DNA of 54,603 nucleotides. Origin: a virus. Taxonomy: Duplodnaviria; Caudoviricetes. Positions 38,474 to 50,400 of the stretch are shown here, one piece after another (position 1 is the stretch's first letter; every line of letters begins with the position of its first letter). Below the pieces are notes generated by a model. That model had not been told where the DNA came from. It worked only from the letters and a program-made list of their open reading frames with translations, and searched no databases. A program made the translations under genes and the position numbers. The stretch lies in IMG/VR virus record IMGVR_UViG_3300017754_000846, positions 1 through 54,603 of that record. The stretch is one strand, 5' to 3'.

Positions 38474-41400
38474 TGATATACCTTTTGATTCTTTAGGTTC
38501 TTTAGGTTCAGGGTATGGTAAATTTGAATCATCAGATTTAGATAGACAAAGCATGATGCCTTTTGAAGGTGAAGGTTTGTCAATGCCTAAACCTGATTTC
38601 TCTAGAGATCAGCAACCAAACTTTGTACCTATTGTTCCAGGAACAGCAAGTTTAGATAATCAGCAACAACCTGTAAGACAATTAGTTGGAAGACCTGGTC
38701 AAAAACCTGGAGGTAAAAATATGTCTGCACAAGACTTTAGTAAAGCTTTATCAAGTTACTCTAAAGCAATTGTACAATCTAATCAGGATACAAATGAGTA
38801 TGCGCGAATCTATTCCTATGATGCCGGCCCAAGTGGTAATGCATTCTACAATAGATATAAAGCATATGGTCAAGAGACTTTTGATAAGATAGGTTTCCAT
38901 CCTTTTAGAGATAATGAAGCTGTCTTTAATGCAGGTACTACAGCATGGGATGATACAAAGAGAATGATGACACATGCTTTTGTTCCTTTGTTCACTAGAG
39001 GTTTTGTATCAGGACCTAAGAGTTTTGCAAAGATGTTACAAGGTGACTTCTCAGCAGACACAGAGGATGCAGAATTTTACAGCAACGCGGCAGCTATTGG
39101 ACAGTCTACAAAAGGTGGCCTATCTGGTATGTTGAACAACACTGCAATGAGTTTTGGTTATACAGCAGGTATTATTACAGAAGCTATTCTAGAAGAAGCA
39201 GCGGCAGCATTAATCACAGCAGGAACTGCAGGTGGTGGAGCTCCAGTTTTATTTGGTGCTACTGCTAATAATCTTAGAAAGATCCCAACTTTATTAAGAG
39301 GCATTAAAGCTGTTGACAAAGGTGTTGACGGAATGCGCGCAATTAATACAACTCTAAGAGGATTAGACAATGTAAATAATGCAAGAAAGTTTTGGGAAGC
39401 AACAAAAGTTGAGAAAGCTTTATCTACTTCAGCAGGAAGATTCTTAAATCCAGTTGAGCACTTAACTCAAGGATTCTTTAAGATCGCTAAGAATGAAGAT
39501 AACTTTACAGGACTAGCAAGAATTTATGATGCGTCTAAAACTACTGTAGGTTCTTTTTATAGACAAGCTAAAGATATAAATGTAGCTTTATCTGAAGCGC
39601 GCCTTGAAGGAGGTATGCAACAGAATGAGGTATATGAGCAATTATACAATGACTACTATGATAAGAATGGTCATGCTCCTTCTGATAAAGAACAAGAAAT
39701 GTTTATCAAAACAGCTAAGGAAGCTGGGATGACAGATCTTGTTTGGAATACAGGACTTATCTTTATGTCTAATAAGATTGTATTTGATAATGTTGTAGGT
39801 GGTAAAGCTGGAGCTAAAAACTGGCTTGCAGGTAAGACACGCGAAATATTAAACTTAGAGACAGGTAGTATTGTTAAGACTGCTGAGAAAAAAATATTGT
39901 CTACGGGTAAAGAATTAGTTCTACCAAAAGTAAACTGGAGAAAAAATAGTTTAGGTAATACACTAAGAGGTTTTACTAAAGATCCAATTAGAAAAAGTAT
40001 TAAAGGAGGTATTGGTTATTTCAAAGCTAATATTACTGAAGCTATTCAAGAGAATGCTCAGGATGTAATTAGTGAGGTAACTAAGAATTACTACATTGAT
40101 TCTTTCTCAGATCCAAGTAGATCTACTTATAACTATGCTGCGGGTTTAACAAAAGCTGCAGTTAAGAACCAATTCTCTGCACAGGGAGCTGAAACATTTA
40201 CTTCTGGTTTAATCATGGGTATGTTTGCATCACCATTGAATGCAGTACCTAAAGCTTTTAGTATTGGTTATAATAAGATTTTTGATAAAGAAGCTTATAA
40301 CAAATATAAGGAAGCAAGAGATACCTATGGAACAAATCTAGTTAATCAACTATCTAGTGTAGATGTTGCTGATTTCTGGAATCATAGAATGTTTACTTTA
40401 GGTGCTCAATCTAGTGCCGCAGATACAATGCAAAACGCAGATGAGAAAGCTGCTAGAGATGCTGCAGATGTAGCTTTCATTCAAGGTATGGGAACTGCTG
40501 CTGAAAACAATATGATGGATCTTTATATTGATCAATTAGAATCATTCAGACAGTTAACAGGAAAAGAATTAGAAGAAGCAGTACCAACTATTCCTCCTGG
40601 ACAAGGTGATGAGTACTTGGAAAAACTACCTCAAGCAATTGAGAGAGCTAAAAAGATTGAAGATAAGTACAACTACTATAAGAAGAACTTTCCTAATCCG
40701 GTTAATTTAGATGACTGGAAAAATGCTAAGGATAGTCCTGACTATGAAGATGCTGTGACTACACATCATGCTTGGAACATGGCTACAAGAAATGCTGTGC
40801 TATTAAATGAGACTTTTGATAACACAGCAAAAAGAATGGTAAGTATTACTAATGATATAGTAAATAATGGACCATTAAAAAATATTCCTTCAACAGATCT
40901 TAATTTATTATTTGACACTAAGAAGATAGTAAATGAAACAGAGATCTTGAAGACAGAGATTGAAACATTAAAGCAAGCACCAAAAGGATCAGTACCTGCA
41001 GGTGAGATTGCTAATAAAGAAAAGAAACTAAAAGCTCTTGAAGAGTATAAAGATGGTTTAGCTAATTATATGCAACTTACAGCTAATAGAGCTTATATGA
41101 TTGCTGAGATTAAAAAAGCTGAACCAGATGCTACAGATGAAGATATTGAAGAAGCATTAGATAAAGTTTTTGCAGAGGCAAAAGAAAATTTTGAAAAGGC
41201 TTATAACAACTATTTAAAAACAATTGCTAAAGTATCTGACCAACATATCTTTAACAATGATATTGATGAGTCTTTCTTAAAGTTAATTGACTTCTATAAA
41301 CTTGATAATGAATCTAAGTCTATGGTAGAATACATTAACTTATTACATAATCCAAAAGAATTTGTTGATCACGTTAAGAGAAACAAAGTCTGGATGAAGG

Positions 41401-44400
41401 AATTGTATAATAACCGTAGAGATTACTATGAAGCTCTTAAAGAACAAGAGTTCCAAAAGAAAGAAGGTAATGACTTGCTTAATGCATTGGCTGACAGAAA
41501 CTTATATATTAGTGAAGATGATTTTCAGAAGTGGCAGATGTATGGAGTATATCCTGAAGAAGTTTTTGATAATAGCAATAAGACAGTAATTAGAGATACT
41601 AATCCTAAGTATGATGAGATCATCATGTTGTTTAAAATGCTTTCTGATATTCAAGGTGCTAAGTCAACTTTAGAAGTTAAGAATGAAGCATTAGCAGGAG
41701 AACTTGCTAAACTTGATAATCAATTACAAGCTGAGTTAGAAGCTTTAGATAAATTTGAAACTAAGAAAGAACTAGGAGAGATTGCTAAAACTAATCCTGT
41801 TACACTTAAACAAGTAGAAAAAGCATTAGAGGTTGGCGAGTCTGTAGATTTAACTTATGAGCAGAATAATGCTGAGACTGTTACTACTATATATAAAAGT
41901 GAAGAAGGTCTTAAGTTTGATAATGAAGATGGTGACTTGATTGATCCAGCTAGTGCAAAAGCATTATTTGGAACTACTAAGTTTACTGCTAGTCAAAAGT
42001 ATAAGATTGTTGAAGAAGCAAATCCAGATGAGGTAAAACAAATTACTGATAAGTATGAGAAGTTAAAAGCTGAAGCATACCAAAGAAATATTGAGTCAGG
42101 TACACAACTAGGTGAGGAAGAACAAGTAGAAGCTAAAGTGCTTACTGCTGATACACCTGTAGATAGTATGCCGGCTGAATTACATAATCAGTTAATGGAA
42201 GCCTTTGCTAAGTATGGTGAAGATAAAGGTATTAATGAACTTAATGAGGATGACTACAATGAAGCTTTTGATTCTTTTGTAAGAACTAACTACATTGCAT
42301 CAAAGATCATTGATGATTATAATAAAGAACAAGAATTAGCTGCTGCTACAAAAGTAGCTCCAGGTGAAGAAGTTGTACCTAGCATTAAGGTAGGTGATAA
42401 AGTATATAGCCTAGATGATTTATCTGAGAGTGAAATAAAATCATATCTTAAAAGCTATGAACTAGGTTTAAAACAACTTGAAGAAAAAGAGAATCCTACT
42501 CCGGAGAATGAAACTCAAGCTATTTATTATAGAGCAAACATTAAAACTATTAATGATTACTTTACTAAGAGAAAGCAAAAAGGATTTACTCCTGAGCAAA
42601 AGGCTACAGTAGATGCTCTTAAAGATTTAATGGATGTTCAAAGTAAAATCAGACGTGGTAAAAAAGGTTATGAAGTAGACGGTGTATTGATGCAACGTGT
42701 TACTAATGTAATCCGCCAGTTTGAGGATGAGTATGAATATAGAGACACTGTTAAAGTAAGAGCGGCATATTATTCTACTATTGGAGCGGTAGGTCTTACA
42801 CAGGACTCTATTGAAGCATTCATGGATAAGTTAAAAGCACAGCCTTTAAAAGGTTTCAGTGACTTTACTTATAGTGAAATTGAAACAGAGTTAGATGCAC
42901 TATTAGAAGGTGTAGCAGAACCTATTGATATTACTACTCAAGAAACTTTATTAGAAAGTTTAGAGAAAGACTTAGAAACTGAAAAAGGAGAATTTGGTGA
43001 TCCAGAAAGAGCAGCAGAGATTCAAGATCAGATTAATAAGTTAAACAAAAAAATAGAGAGAAAGAATAGACTAGCAGCTTCTGCAGGAACTAATGAACTT
43101 ACTGGAGCAGATGAGTCTATCCTAAACTATGTACTTAATGTAGTTGGTGAAACAACATACCAAGCATCAAGAGATGTAGGTAATTACCTGGATGATCAGA
43201 TCAGAAATATCTTTGATGGTAAGAATGCTACATTTAATGATACGTATATTACTCAGGAAGCTTTTGATCAGTTGTTCAATAGAGAAGTTGGTAAAGAAGG
43301 CTATGTAACTGCAGTAAAAAATACTATTGACAAAGAAGGCCTTTACATTATATCTAGAGGTTATAAAGATAATGGTGTCATTCTTTATGATAAAGATGCT
43401 AAGGTTGCTGGAGAGATGGACTTACTAGCTGTAGATAGATCAGGTAATGTATTCATTATTGATGTTAAAACAGGTAGAGGAGACAAATGGAGTGGATTCT
43501 TTAAAGAGAATAATAGATATTCTAAAAAGGATAACTATACACTTCAGCAAACAGCATATGCAAACTTGTTATACAACATGACAGGCCTTAAAGCTAAGGT
43601 TAGTTTGTTACCTATTCAAGTAGACTATAATGATAATACTAGTATCATTAGTGAAGGTGGAAGACCAAAAGCTAAAGATGTTCTTGAGCCAGGTAAATTC
43701 AGAATCCCGCTAGAGATAACTGAAGACATTCAGGCTAAGATTGACTCAATCATTCCAAGAAAAGCTGAAGAAGAAACTGTAGAACAAGCACCACGTGAAT
43801 CTTCTGATGAAGAGACATCACCTGCAGTAGAGTATGAAGGACAAGAACCTGCACCACAAAATGCTGTAGAGATTGATCCTCAGTTACTTGTAGCAATTTC
43901 AAAAGCAAGTCAAGAACAACTTGATAAAGTAAATACAGGTTTAGCTAACAAGATTAGACAAGGAGTATTCAAAGCAGAAGATGTTATTGAATTACAAAAT
44001 GCTGTTGATGAAAGACAACGTGAATTAAGTGCCGGTGCAATATCAAAATTATCTGAAAATAATATATCAGTAGGAACACAACTTGTTGCTAATGCTACTA
44101 TCTTTACAGGTAAAAATGACGCAACACCATTTGCTACAAGTAATACAGTAGTTAGAGTTACTAAGGTTGATAATACAAATCAGAAAATAGTAGTAAAAAC
44201 TATTGGTGTTGGACCAAAACAAAAGACAATAAGTTTTGAAGAGTTAGATAAATTGTTTAAATTAAAACAAACAGTTATGGATTTAGAAACAAATCAAGGT
44301 CAGCCTGATATTCAATTAACTAAGACAGAGCAAGATCACATTAGTGAGTCCTCTGATAATGTAAGAAACTTACTAGTAAGTGATACTAGAAAAGAAGAAT

Positions 44401-44477
44401 TGAGAAAAGAAGCTGATACTGTTCCTGTTTCTGAGTTAGATAATATGTTGTTTGAGGATACAACTTCAGACTGTTAA
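38463..44477 (+). CDS. Large virion cargo protein with membrane-like helices and a PD-(D/E)xK nuclease domain
   Basis: ATG 38463 (MATNDIPF) is preferred. Hydrophobic FGYTAGIITEAILEEAAAALITAG segment; GEMDLLAVD...FIIDVKT...QQTAY nuclease motif at about 43410-43560. Confidence 0.72.
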   Translation: MATNDIPFDSLGSLGSGYGKFESSDLDRQSMMPFEGEGLSMPKPDFSRDQQPNFVPIVPGTASLDNQQQPVRQLVGRPGQKPGGKNMSAQDFSKALSSYSKAIVQSNQDTNEYARIYSYDAGPSGNAFYNRYKAYGQETFDKIGFHPFRDNEAVFNAGTTAWDDTKRMMTHAFVPLFTRGFVSGPKSFAKMLQGDFSADTEDAEFYSNAAAIGQSTKGGLSGMLNNTAMSFGYTAGIITEAILEEAAAALITAGTAGGGAPVLFGATANNLRKIPTLLRGIKAVDKGVDGMRAINTTLRGLDNVNNARKFWEATKVEKALSTSAGRFLNPVEHLTQGFFKIAKNEDNFTGLARIYDASKTTVGSFYRQAKDINVALSEARLEGGMQQNEVYEQLYNDYYDKNGHAPSDKEQEMFIKTAKEAGMTDLVWNTGLIFMSNKIVFDNVVGGKAGAKNWLAGKTREILNLETGSIVKTAEKKILSTGKELVLPKVNWRKNSLGNTLRGFTKDPIRKSIKGGIGYFKANITEAIQENAQDVISEVTKNYYIDSFSDPSRSTYNYAAGLTKAAVKNQFSAQGAETFTSGLIMGMFASPLNAVPKAFSIGYNKIFDKEAYNKYKEARDTYGTNLVNQLSSVDVADFWNHRMFTLGAQSSAADTMQNADEKAARDAADVAFIQGMGTAAENNMMDLYIDQLESFRQLTGKELEEAVPTIPPGQGDEYLEKLPQAIERAKKIEDKYNYYKKNFPNPVNLDDWKNAKDSPDYEDAVTTHHAWNMATRNAVLLNETFDNTAKRMVSITNDIVNNGPLKNIPSTDLNLLFDTKKIVNETEILKTEIETLKQAPKGSVPAGEIANKEKKLKALEEYKDGLANYMQLTANRAYMIAEIKKAEPDATDEDIEEALDKVFAEAKENFEKAYNNYLKTIAKVSDQHIFNNDIDESFLKLIDFYKLDNESKSMVEYINLLHNPKEFVDHVKRNKVWMKELYNNRRDYYEALKEQEFQKKEGNDLLNALADRNLYISEDDFQKWQMYGVYPEEVFDNSNKTVIRDTNPKYDEIIMLFKMLSDIQGAKSTLEVKNEALAGELAKLDNQLQAELEALDKFETKKELGEIAKTNPVTLKQVEKALEVGESVDLTYEQNNAETVTTIYKSEEGLKFDNEDGDLIDPASAKALFGTTKFTASQKYKIVEEANPDEVKQITDKYEKLKAEAYQRNIESGTQLGEEEQVEAKVLTADTPVDSMPAELHNQLMEAFAKYGEDKGINELNEDDYNEAFDSFVRTNYIASKIIDDYNKEQELAAATKVAPGEEVVPSIKVGDKVYSLDDLSESEIKSYLKSYELGLKQLEEKENPTPENETQAIYYRANIKTINDYFTKRKQKGFTPEQKATVDALKDLMDVQSKIRRGKKGYEVDGVLMQRVTNVIRQFEDEYEYRDTVKVRAAYYSTIGAVGLTQDSIEAFMDKLKAQPLKGFSDFTYSEIETELDALLEGVAEPIDITTQETLLESLEKDLETEKGEFGDPERAAEIQDQINKLNKKIERKNRLAASAGTNELTGADESILNYVLNVVGETTYQASRDVGNYLDDQIRNIFDGKNATFNDTYITQEAFDQLFNREVGKEGYVTAVKNTIDKEGLYIISRGYKDNGVILYDKDAKVAGEMDLLAVDRSGNVFIIDVKTGRGDKWSGFFKENNRYSKKDNYTLQQTAYANLLYNMTGLKAKVSLLPIQVDYNDNTSIISEGGRPKAKDVLEPGKFRIPLEITEDIQAKIDSIIPRKAEEETVEQAPRESSDEETSPAVEYEGQEPAPQNAVEIDPQLLVAISKASQEQLDKVNTGLANKIRQGVFKAEDVIELQNAVDERQRELSAGAISKLSENNISVGTQLVANATIFTGKNDATPFATSNTVVRVTKVDNTNQKIVVKTIGVGPKQKTISFEELDKLFKLKQTVMDLETNQGQPDIQLTKTEQDHISESSDNVRNLLVSDTRKEELRKEADTVPVSELDNMLFEDTTSDC

Positions 44478-44488
44478 AAAGATTTACT

Positions 44489-47400
44489 ATGATAAAGTGT
44501 GCACTTTCAACTGAAACAGTTGAACTTTTATATAAAAACGTATATGCCCACATGGCTGAAGCAGCAAAAGCTAAAGGACCATTTGACTATAAAGCATATA
44601 TGAAGTTTGTCTATACTAACAAAGCAGAAAGATCTACTCCAGAACAAGCCGCAAGAATAGTTCAGCATATTCCTAGAATGATAATTGACTTAGACAACAC
44701 TGACTTCTTTGACATGGAAGACTTTGTTGACTTAACTGCTGTTAAGAAGATGGGTCAAAAGTTTTTGAATGCAGTTGATGGTATTCAAAATGTAATAGAT
44801 GAGTTTAAGGAAGTTGATAATCTTAAACCATTAAAGAGTACTGTAGTTACAAAAGAGCAAGAAGCATTTAATCCTCCTACAGTTGATCCAGAGATTGGAC
44901 AATTTGCAGAGAGATTTGTGCCTTATAGTGCTTTTACTAGTACGCTTCAAGAGTTTGTAACTATCAATCCTACAACAAAGGAGATCACTTATGATGAGAA
45001 AGCTGAAGAGTCTAAGAAACATATCTATACAGCACTAAGAGCAATTAAGGATTCAGTATCTGAAGATACACCTATTATTGATTCTGTAGTGTACCAAGGA
45101 AAAGTTCTTAAGTTAAAAGCAATACGTCTTTCATCAATTCCTCAAGGTGAACTTGATACATACACTAAAAATTTACTTGTTAAAGCTAGAGCTATTGATA
45201 AAGCTGGAAATACTGCAGAAGGTGTTACTCCGGCTGATCAGATAATTGCATTAGTACTTAGTGATGGTACTACAGGTGAAGCACTACGTTTTGATAATGA
45301 AGGTAACATTTCTCAAACAGATGGTAAACTTGTGTATCAGTTTTTAAGAGATGCAAGAAAAACTGGAAACAGATATGAGGTGACAAATATCTATGGATAC
45401 GAAGACAATGTACTTAATCCAGAGACTATTGCATCAAAGCTTTATGATAAAGACAGTGGTTTAACTTTTGAACAATTTGTAGAAAAAGTTAAAGAATATC
45501 AGCAAGCAGACTTCAAAGCATTATATGATCTTAAACAGTCTGTGATTAAAGAAAATAAAACAGAGACATTACCTTTACTAGGAATTAGTGAAGGTGTTCC
45601 TGATTTCTTGGTGGGTAGTACAATTATGTTAAATAACCTGAGTACTTTCCCTAATATCAATAGAGATACCTTCAAGACTATTAAGACAGTACAAAAGACT
45701 AGAGGTATTTATAATAAAGGTTTTGCAACTATTACTATTAATGACTCAGAGTTTGTCATAGATAGAGCAGATGCAACTGATGATGTTGCTAGACAAGTAG
45801 CTAGTGTACTTACTAATAAGAATATTGATTTCTCTGATAGAGTAGATTTCTTTAAACAGTTCTTTAGTAATGAGTTACAAGCTACAACAAGAAGACATGA
45901 GACATCTGGAGAGTATTCTAAAAAAGAATTCTGGTTTAACTATTCTAATTTAACTTCACAGGAAAGCAAGTTTAGAAACTTCTTAGATAATAGTATTGAC
46001 TTATCTGATGCTGCAGTACAAAAGAAAACAGCTGAAGAGTTAAAAGCTGATGCTGATAAGATCTATGATGTATTGATGACTGGAAAAGGTAAAAGTACCA
46101 AGTATCCGGCTAAGATGATGTTCAACTCTGACTTACTTAAGAAAGAGCGTTACATGACTTATAATGCAGATACGGATGAGATTGTCTACCAAGATTATAT
46201 CAACTTTGTACAGTCATTAAAAACACCAATTAGTATTTTCTCTGGAGACCCTGGAGTATTTAATACATATATGAAATTTGGTATGCCCTTACCTATCTTA
46301 GATCAGGTAAATGCTGCTGAACAAAGAAATCAAAATAACACACCATCAGAGACTAAAAGACTTAAAGATCAGATTGTAGATAAGTTAAGAACTGAAGGTG
46401 TAAGTGATGCTGATGTAGTATCAGTATCAAAAGGATTTGCATTTGGTAAACACTATGCAAACTTTAAAGTTGCTGTAGCAGGAATTGAAGGTGAGGTAAA
46501 AGTATACTTCCCTAACAAAACAGCTCTTATCTCAGTTGATGGTAAGACATTCCAGGATCCAACATTCCCAGCTAAAGGAGATTTAGTTAGAGTAAGTTAT
46601 AGACCTGAGTTAACTACTGAGGACGGTAGAGTAATCAATGATGTACTTGAAGTATTTGGTATTGGAGAAGATGGAACAACACAATCTTTCATAGGATATG
46701 TTGCTGAAACAGATTTCTCTCAACCAAAAGAAACTCCAAGAACAGAACCTGAGATTGAAGAACAAGAGATTGAAGAAGTAATTGAAGAAGAGCCAGCAGT
46801 AGAAGATGCAAGAATCATTAATACTGGACCGGCACCAACTGAAAACAATACTGCAGTTAGTGATTTATTAAGCAGAGGCTTTGAAGGATTAGACAGATCA
46901 GGCCTGTTAAATAACAATGTAACTAAAGAAGAAATTAAGAAAGCTAAAGAATGGTGGGCAAACTCACCTTTGAATAAAGTTATTGAACTTACTCATGCAG
47001 CTAACTTAGTTAACTCAAATGTATATGCTAGATTTACAGCTGATGCTAAGACCTTACTAGAACCAGATGCACCAATGGCTAAAATTACCATTTACAAAAA
47101 AGGTACAATGGTTGATGTCTATCATGAAGCATGGCATGGTTTCAGTCAGTTGTATTTATCTCCTGAGCAAAAACTTAAACTATATAACTCTATTAGAGAG
47201 TATAAAGATAAAAACGGTAACACACCTTATGCTAATAAGAAATTCAGAGACATTGAAGAGATGTTAGCTGAAGACTTCAGAACATTTGCTAAGGACCCTA
47301 AGAAGTTTAATGAAAAGACTAAAGTACAAAAGAGTTTGTTTAGAAAGATCTTAGACTTCTTACAGAACTTATTCTTTGGTAAGACATTTGATCCAGCTAA

Positions 47401-50400
47401 GGCTGCTAGCAAAAACTTTGTAACTGATAACTATCCTGCTAATGTAGAGGCATTATTCACTAAGTTATACTATGCTGGTAAAGCCCCGGCTTTATTAAAT
47501 AACTATACAGCTAAGATTGATAATGTTTCTTGGGATATACTTAACCGTGGTGTAGAAAAGATAGACAATAAACAAGAGGATGTTTTAAGTAAACAAGACT
47601 CTACTTTAGTGACTGCTAGTTTTGATTCTGTATTGTCTGAGACTATTGATGAGATCAATGATGCAAACAATGGAGTTAAATCAGGTACATTAAGATTGTT
47701 ATCTGATAAACCTTTCATTGATAAGGTTACAGGTTTACCTACATCTAATAGAGAGAAAGTATATGGTATTATAAAAGAAAAATTTGATACTAGATTAAAA
47801 GCATTAAGAGAGGAGCTTGGGCCAATTACTGATAAGTCATTTGATTCATTTGATAGTTTAAAAGATCTTGAAGATAATGCTGTAGCAATTATACGTACAA
47901 AGTCTGGTAAGGATAAGTATATATTCTTATCATCTCAAGTTGATAGCTTTAAGAATCTTACTCCGGAGTTAAAGAATGGAGAACTTGTAAAAGGTGAAAG
48001 TTATAAAGGTGCAATTAAGATTGTAGCTGACTTCTACTTACATGACACTATTGGTAATGACACTGAACCTAATATAGAAGTACTAGTTGTTAATGACGCT
48101 AGAGATGCTAAGGTTCAATTTGATGCATTTGTTAAAGGTGGTCAAGATGACTTTACTGAACTTGTACAAAAAGAGATTCCGGAGTTAATTGATTTGACTA
48201 ATGAACAAGAAGATCTATTGAATAACATTAGAATTCTTGAGACAACATTAAAGAACTGGGGTGACCTTAATTCAGGATTCTTAAAGTACTACACAGAGAA
48301 CAGTAGATATGATTTTGTACGTGATACAGAAACAGATGTTGAGTATGTAGAGTATGATGAGAACGGTGAAGTTATCTCAGATGAAACAGATGTAAACAAT
48401 GGTAAAGATAGTGCAGACTTATTTGACAAACAAGTAGGTAAGAAATCTTCTGATCAATTAGCTGGTAAAGAAACTAGATACATTGTAAATAGTTTATTCA
48501 AAGTTAACAAAGAAGGTGGTAAAAATACTTATGTCTATAACTCATTAGGTTTCAAAGAGTTAGCAGACTTTAGTAAATCTTGGAGCATCTTGTTAAGAGA
48601 GATTGGTGGTGTTAAAAATAGAGAAGTAGCTTTTGCTAAATTAGTTGCTGCATCTAATGACTATGCTCCTGAATTAAAACAACTAGTAGAGAAGAAACTT
48701 CCAGATCCAACTAAGGTAACAACTGAAGCTGAGTTTGATGTGAGTGCTTCTTTCTGGAGAGACTTTAGTTTGTCTAATATTCCTTATGATCAGTTGACAC
48801 TTTTCCCGGTTATGGGTACAGATGAAAGAGGTCAAGAAGTTATTGGTGGTTTTTCAATGGAAGTTACTGATGCATCTTATGAAGCTAGTAACATCTTAAG
48901 AAAGTTCCAAAATAGATTTAAAGCTTTACAAGAAGGTGAAAACCCATATATCAGTAAAGTTAAGAATGTTACTATGATTACTGAGTTAGATACTTTAGTA
49001 AACAGATTTGAGAACAAGAAAAAACCAGGGACTTTTGATACTAATAAAGCAATTGAGTTCTTAAGAGCAATGGGTATATATGTAGATGATATACCTGCAA
49101 TTAAAAGAGAGTTGAATAAGAATATTGAATACTACGGTGTTCAGTACTTATATGATATTGTTAAAGATCTAAATGACATTAAACAGAATCCTTTCCAGAA
49201 TTCTACTCAGGCTCAAGAGATCTTAAATAAGTTTGTAGTAGATCCTATTGGACTATTCAAAAGTAAAATTCCACCTAAAGTATTAAAGAGCTTAGGTGAT
49301 AAAGAAGTTTACCAAAAGAATATCATGGATAGACTTGCTAAGCTACAAGCTACATATGGTTTAGAAACAAGTAACTCAGGTGTTATTAATGCTGCGGGTG
49401 ACATGGTATTTACCTATGTAAAAGACTTTAGTATTTCTAAACAAGTAGATGCTTTAAATACAGTAAAGAACTTATCTGATGTATGGGCTAAATTAGAAGA
49501 TGGCACTCCAGCAAATAATGATTATAAGTTTATGAAGTACTTAGATCCTGCAGTAAATACATTTACTATGAGATCTCAGTTACTACGTAGTGTCTTTAAC
49601 TTTGAGAGTGGACAATTTGATAGAAGAGGTGATAAAACATTTAGACTATCAATGGTTTCCGGGACACAGATTGCTGATTTGAATCAAGGTACAAATACTA
49701 TTGACTTAGATCCTTCAGGTAAATTCTTACAGGAAATGCACACAATGCTTAAAGGTGGACTACAAGAGTTCATTAGAGCAGCAGGTAAGAAAACATCATT
49801 AGGTCTAAGAGTTAATGGAGGCTTGATCAAAGATAAAGGTGTTGATGAAAAACTATACGTGGATATTGAATCATTGGTTCCAAATGGACAAGGTGAGAGA
49901 TATGCAGTGAATAGTATCTTGATTCCTTATATAGCATCTGAGTATGATAGAATTCAGAAGTTTAAAAACAATAGAGAAGAGTTTAAAAAGTATTCTGGAT
50001 ATAATGATAAAGTAGGTGGGACTAAAGAAAATCCTATCTATGCCGGTGAAGTATTTACAGCATTTGATAACATTCTTACTGAAGATACTAAAAAAGAATT
50101 GCTTAGTGAAGAAACAGTAAAAGCTGTTGAGGCTTCAGGAGGAGATATTGCATTGTATATTAAAAAGACTCCTGCATTAAGAGCAAAGGTAGAATCAGAT
50201 ATTATTTCTTATTTTGGTGAACAGACTTCAGCTAATCTTGATTTCTTAAAAACAGCTGAATACATTGATCCAGCATTGTTAGAAAAACTAGATAACACTG
50301 AGTTAGATGAGTTAGAAAAAATAGCTACTCTAGTTAAAGCTTTTACTTATAACTCATGGATACATAACTTTGAGACAGTAAACTTATTCTTGAATGATAT

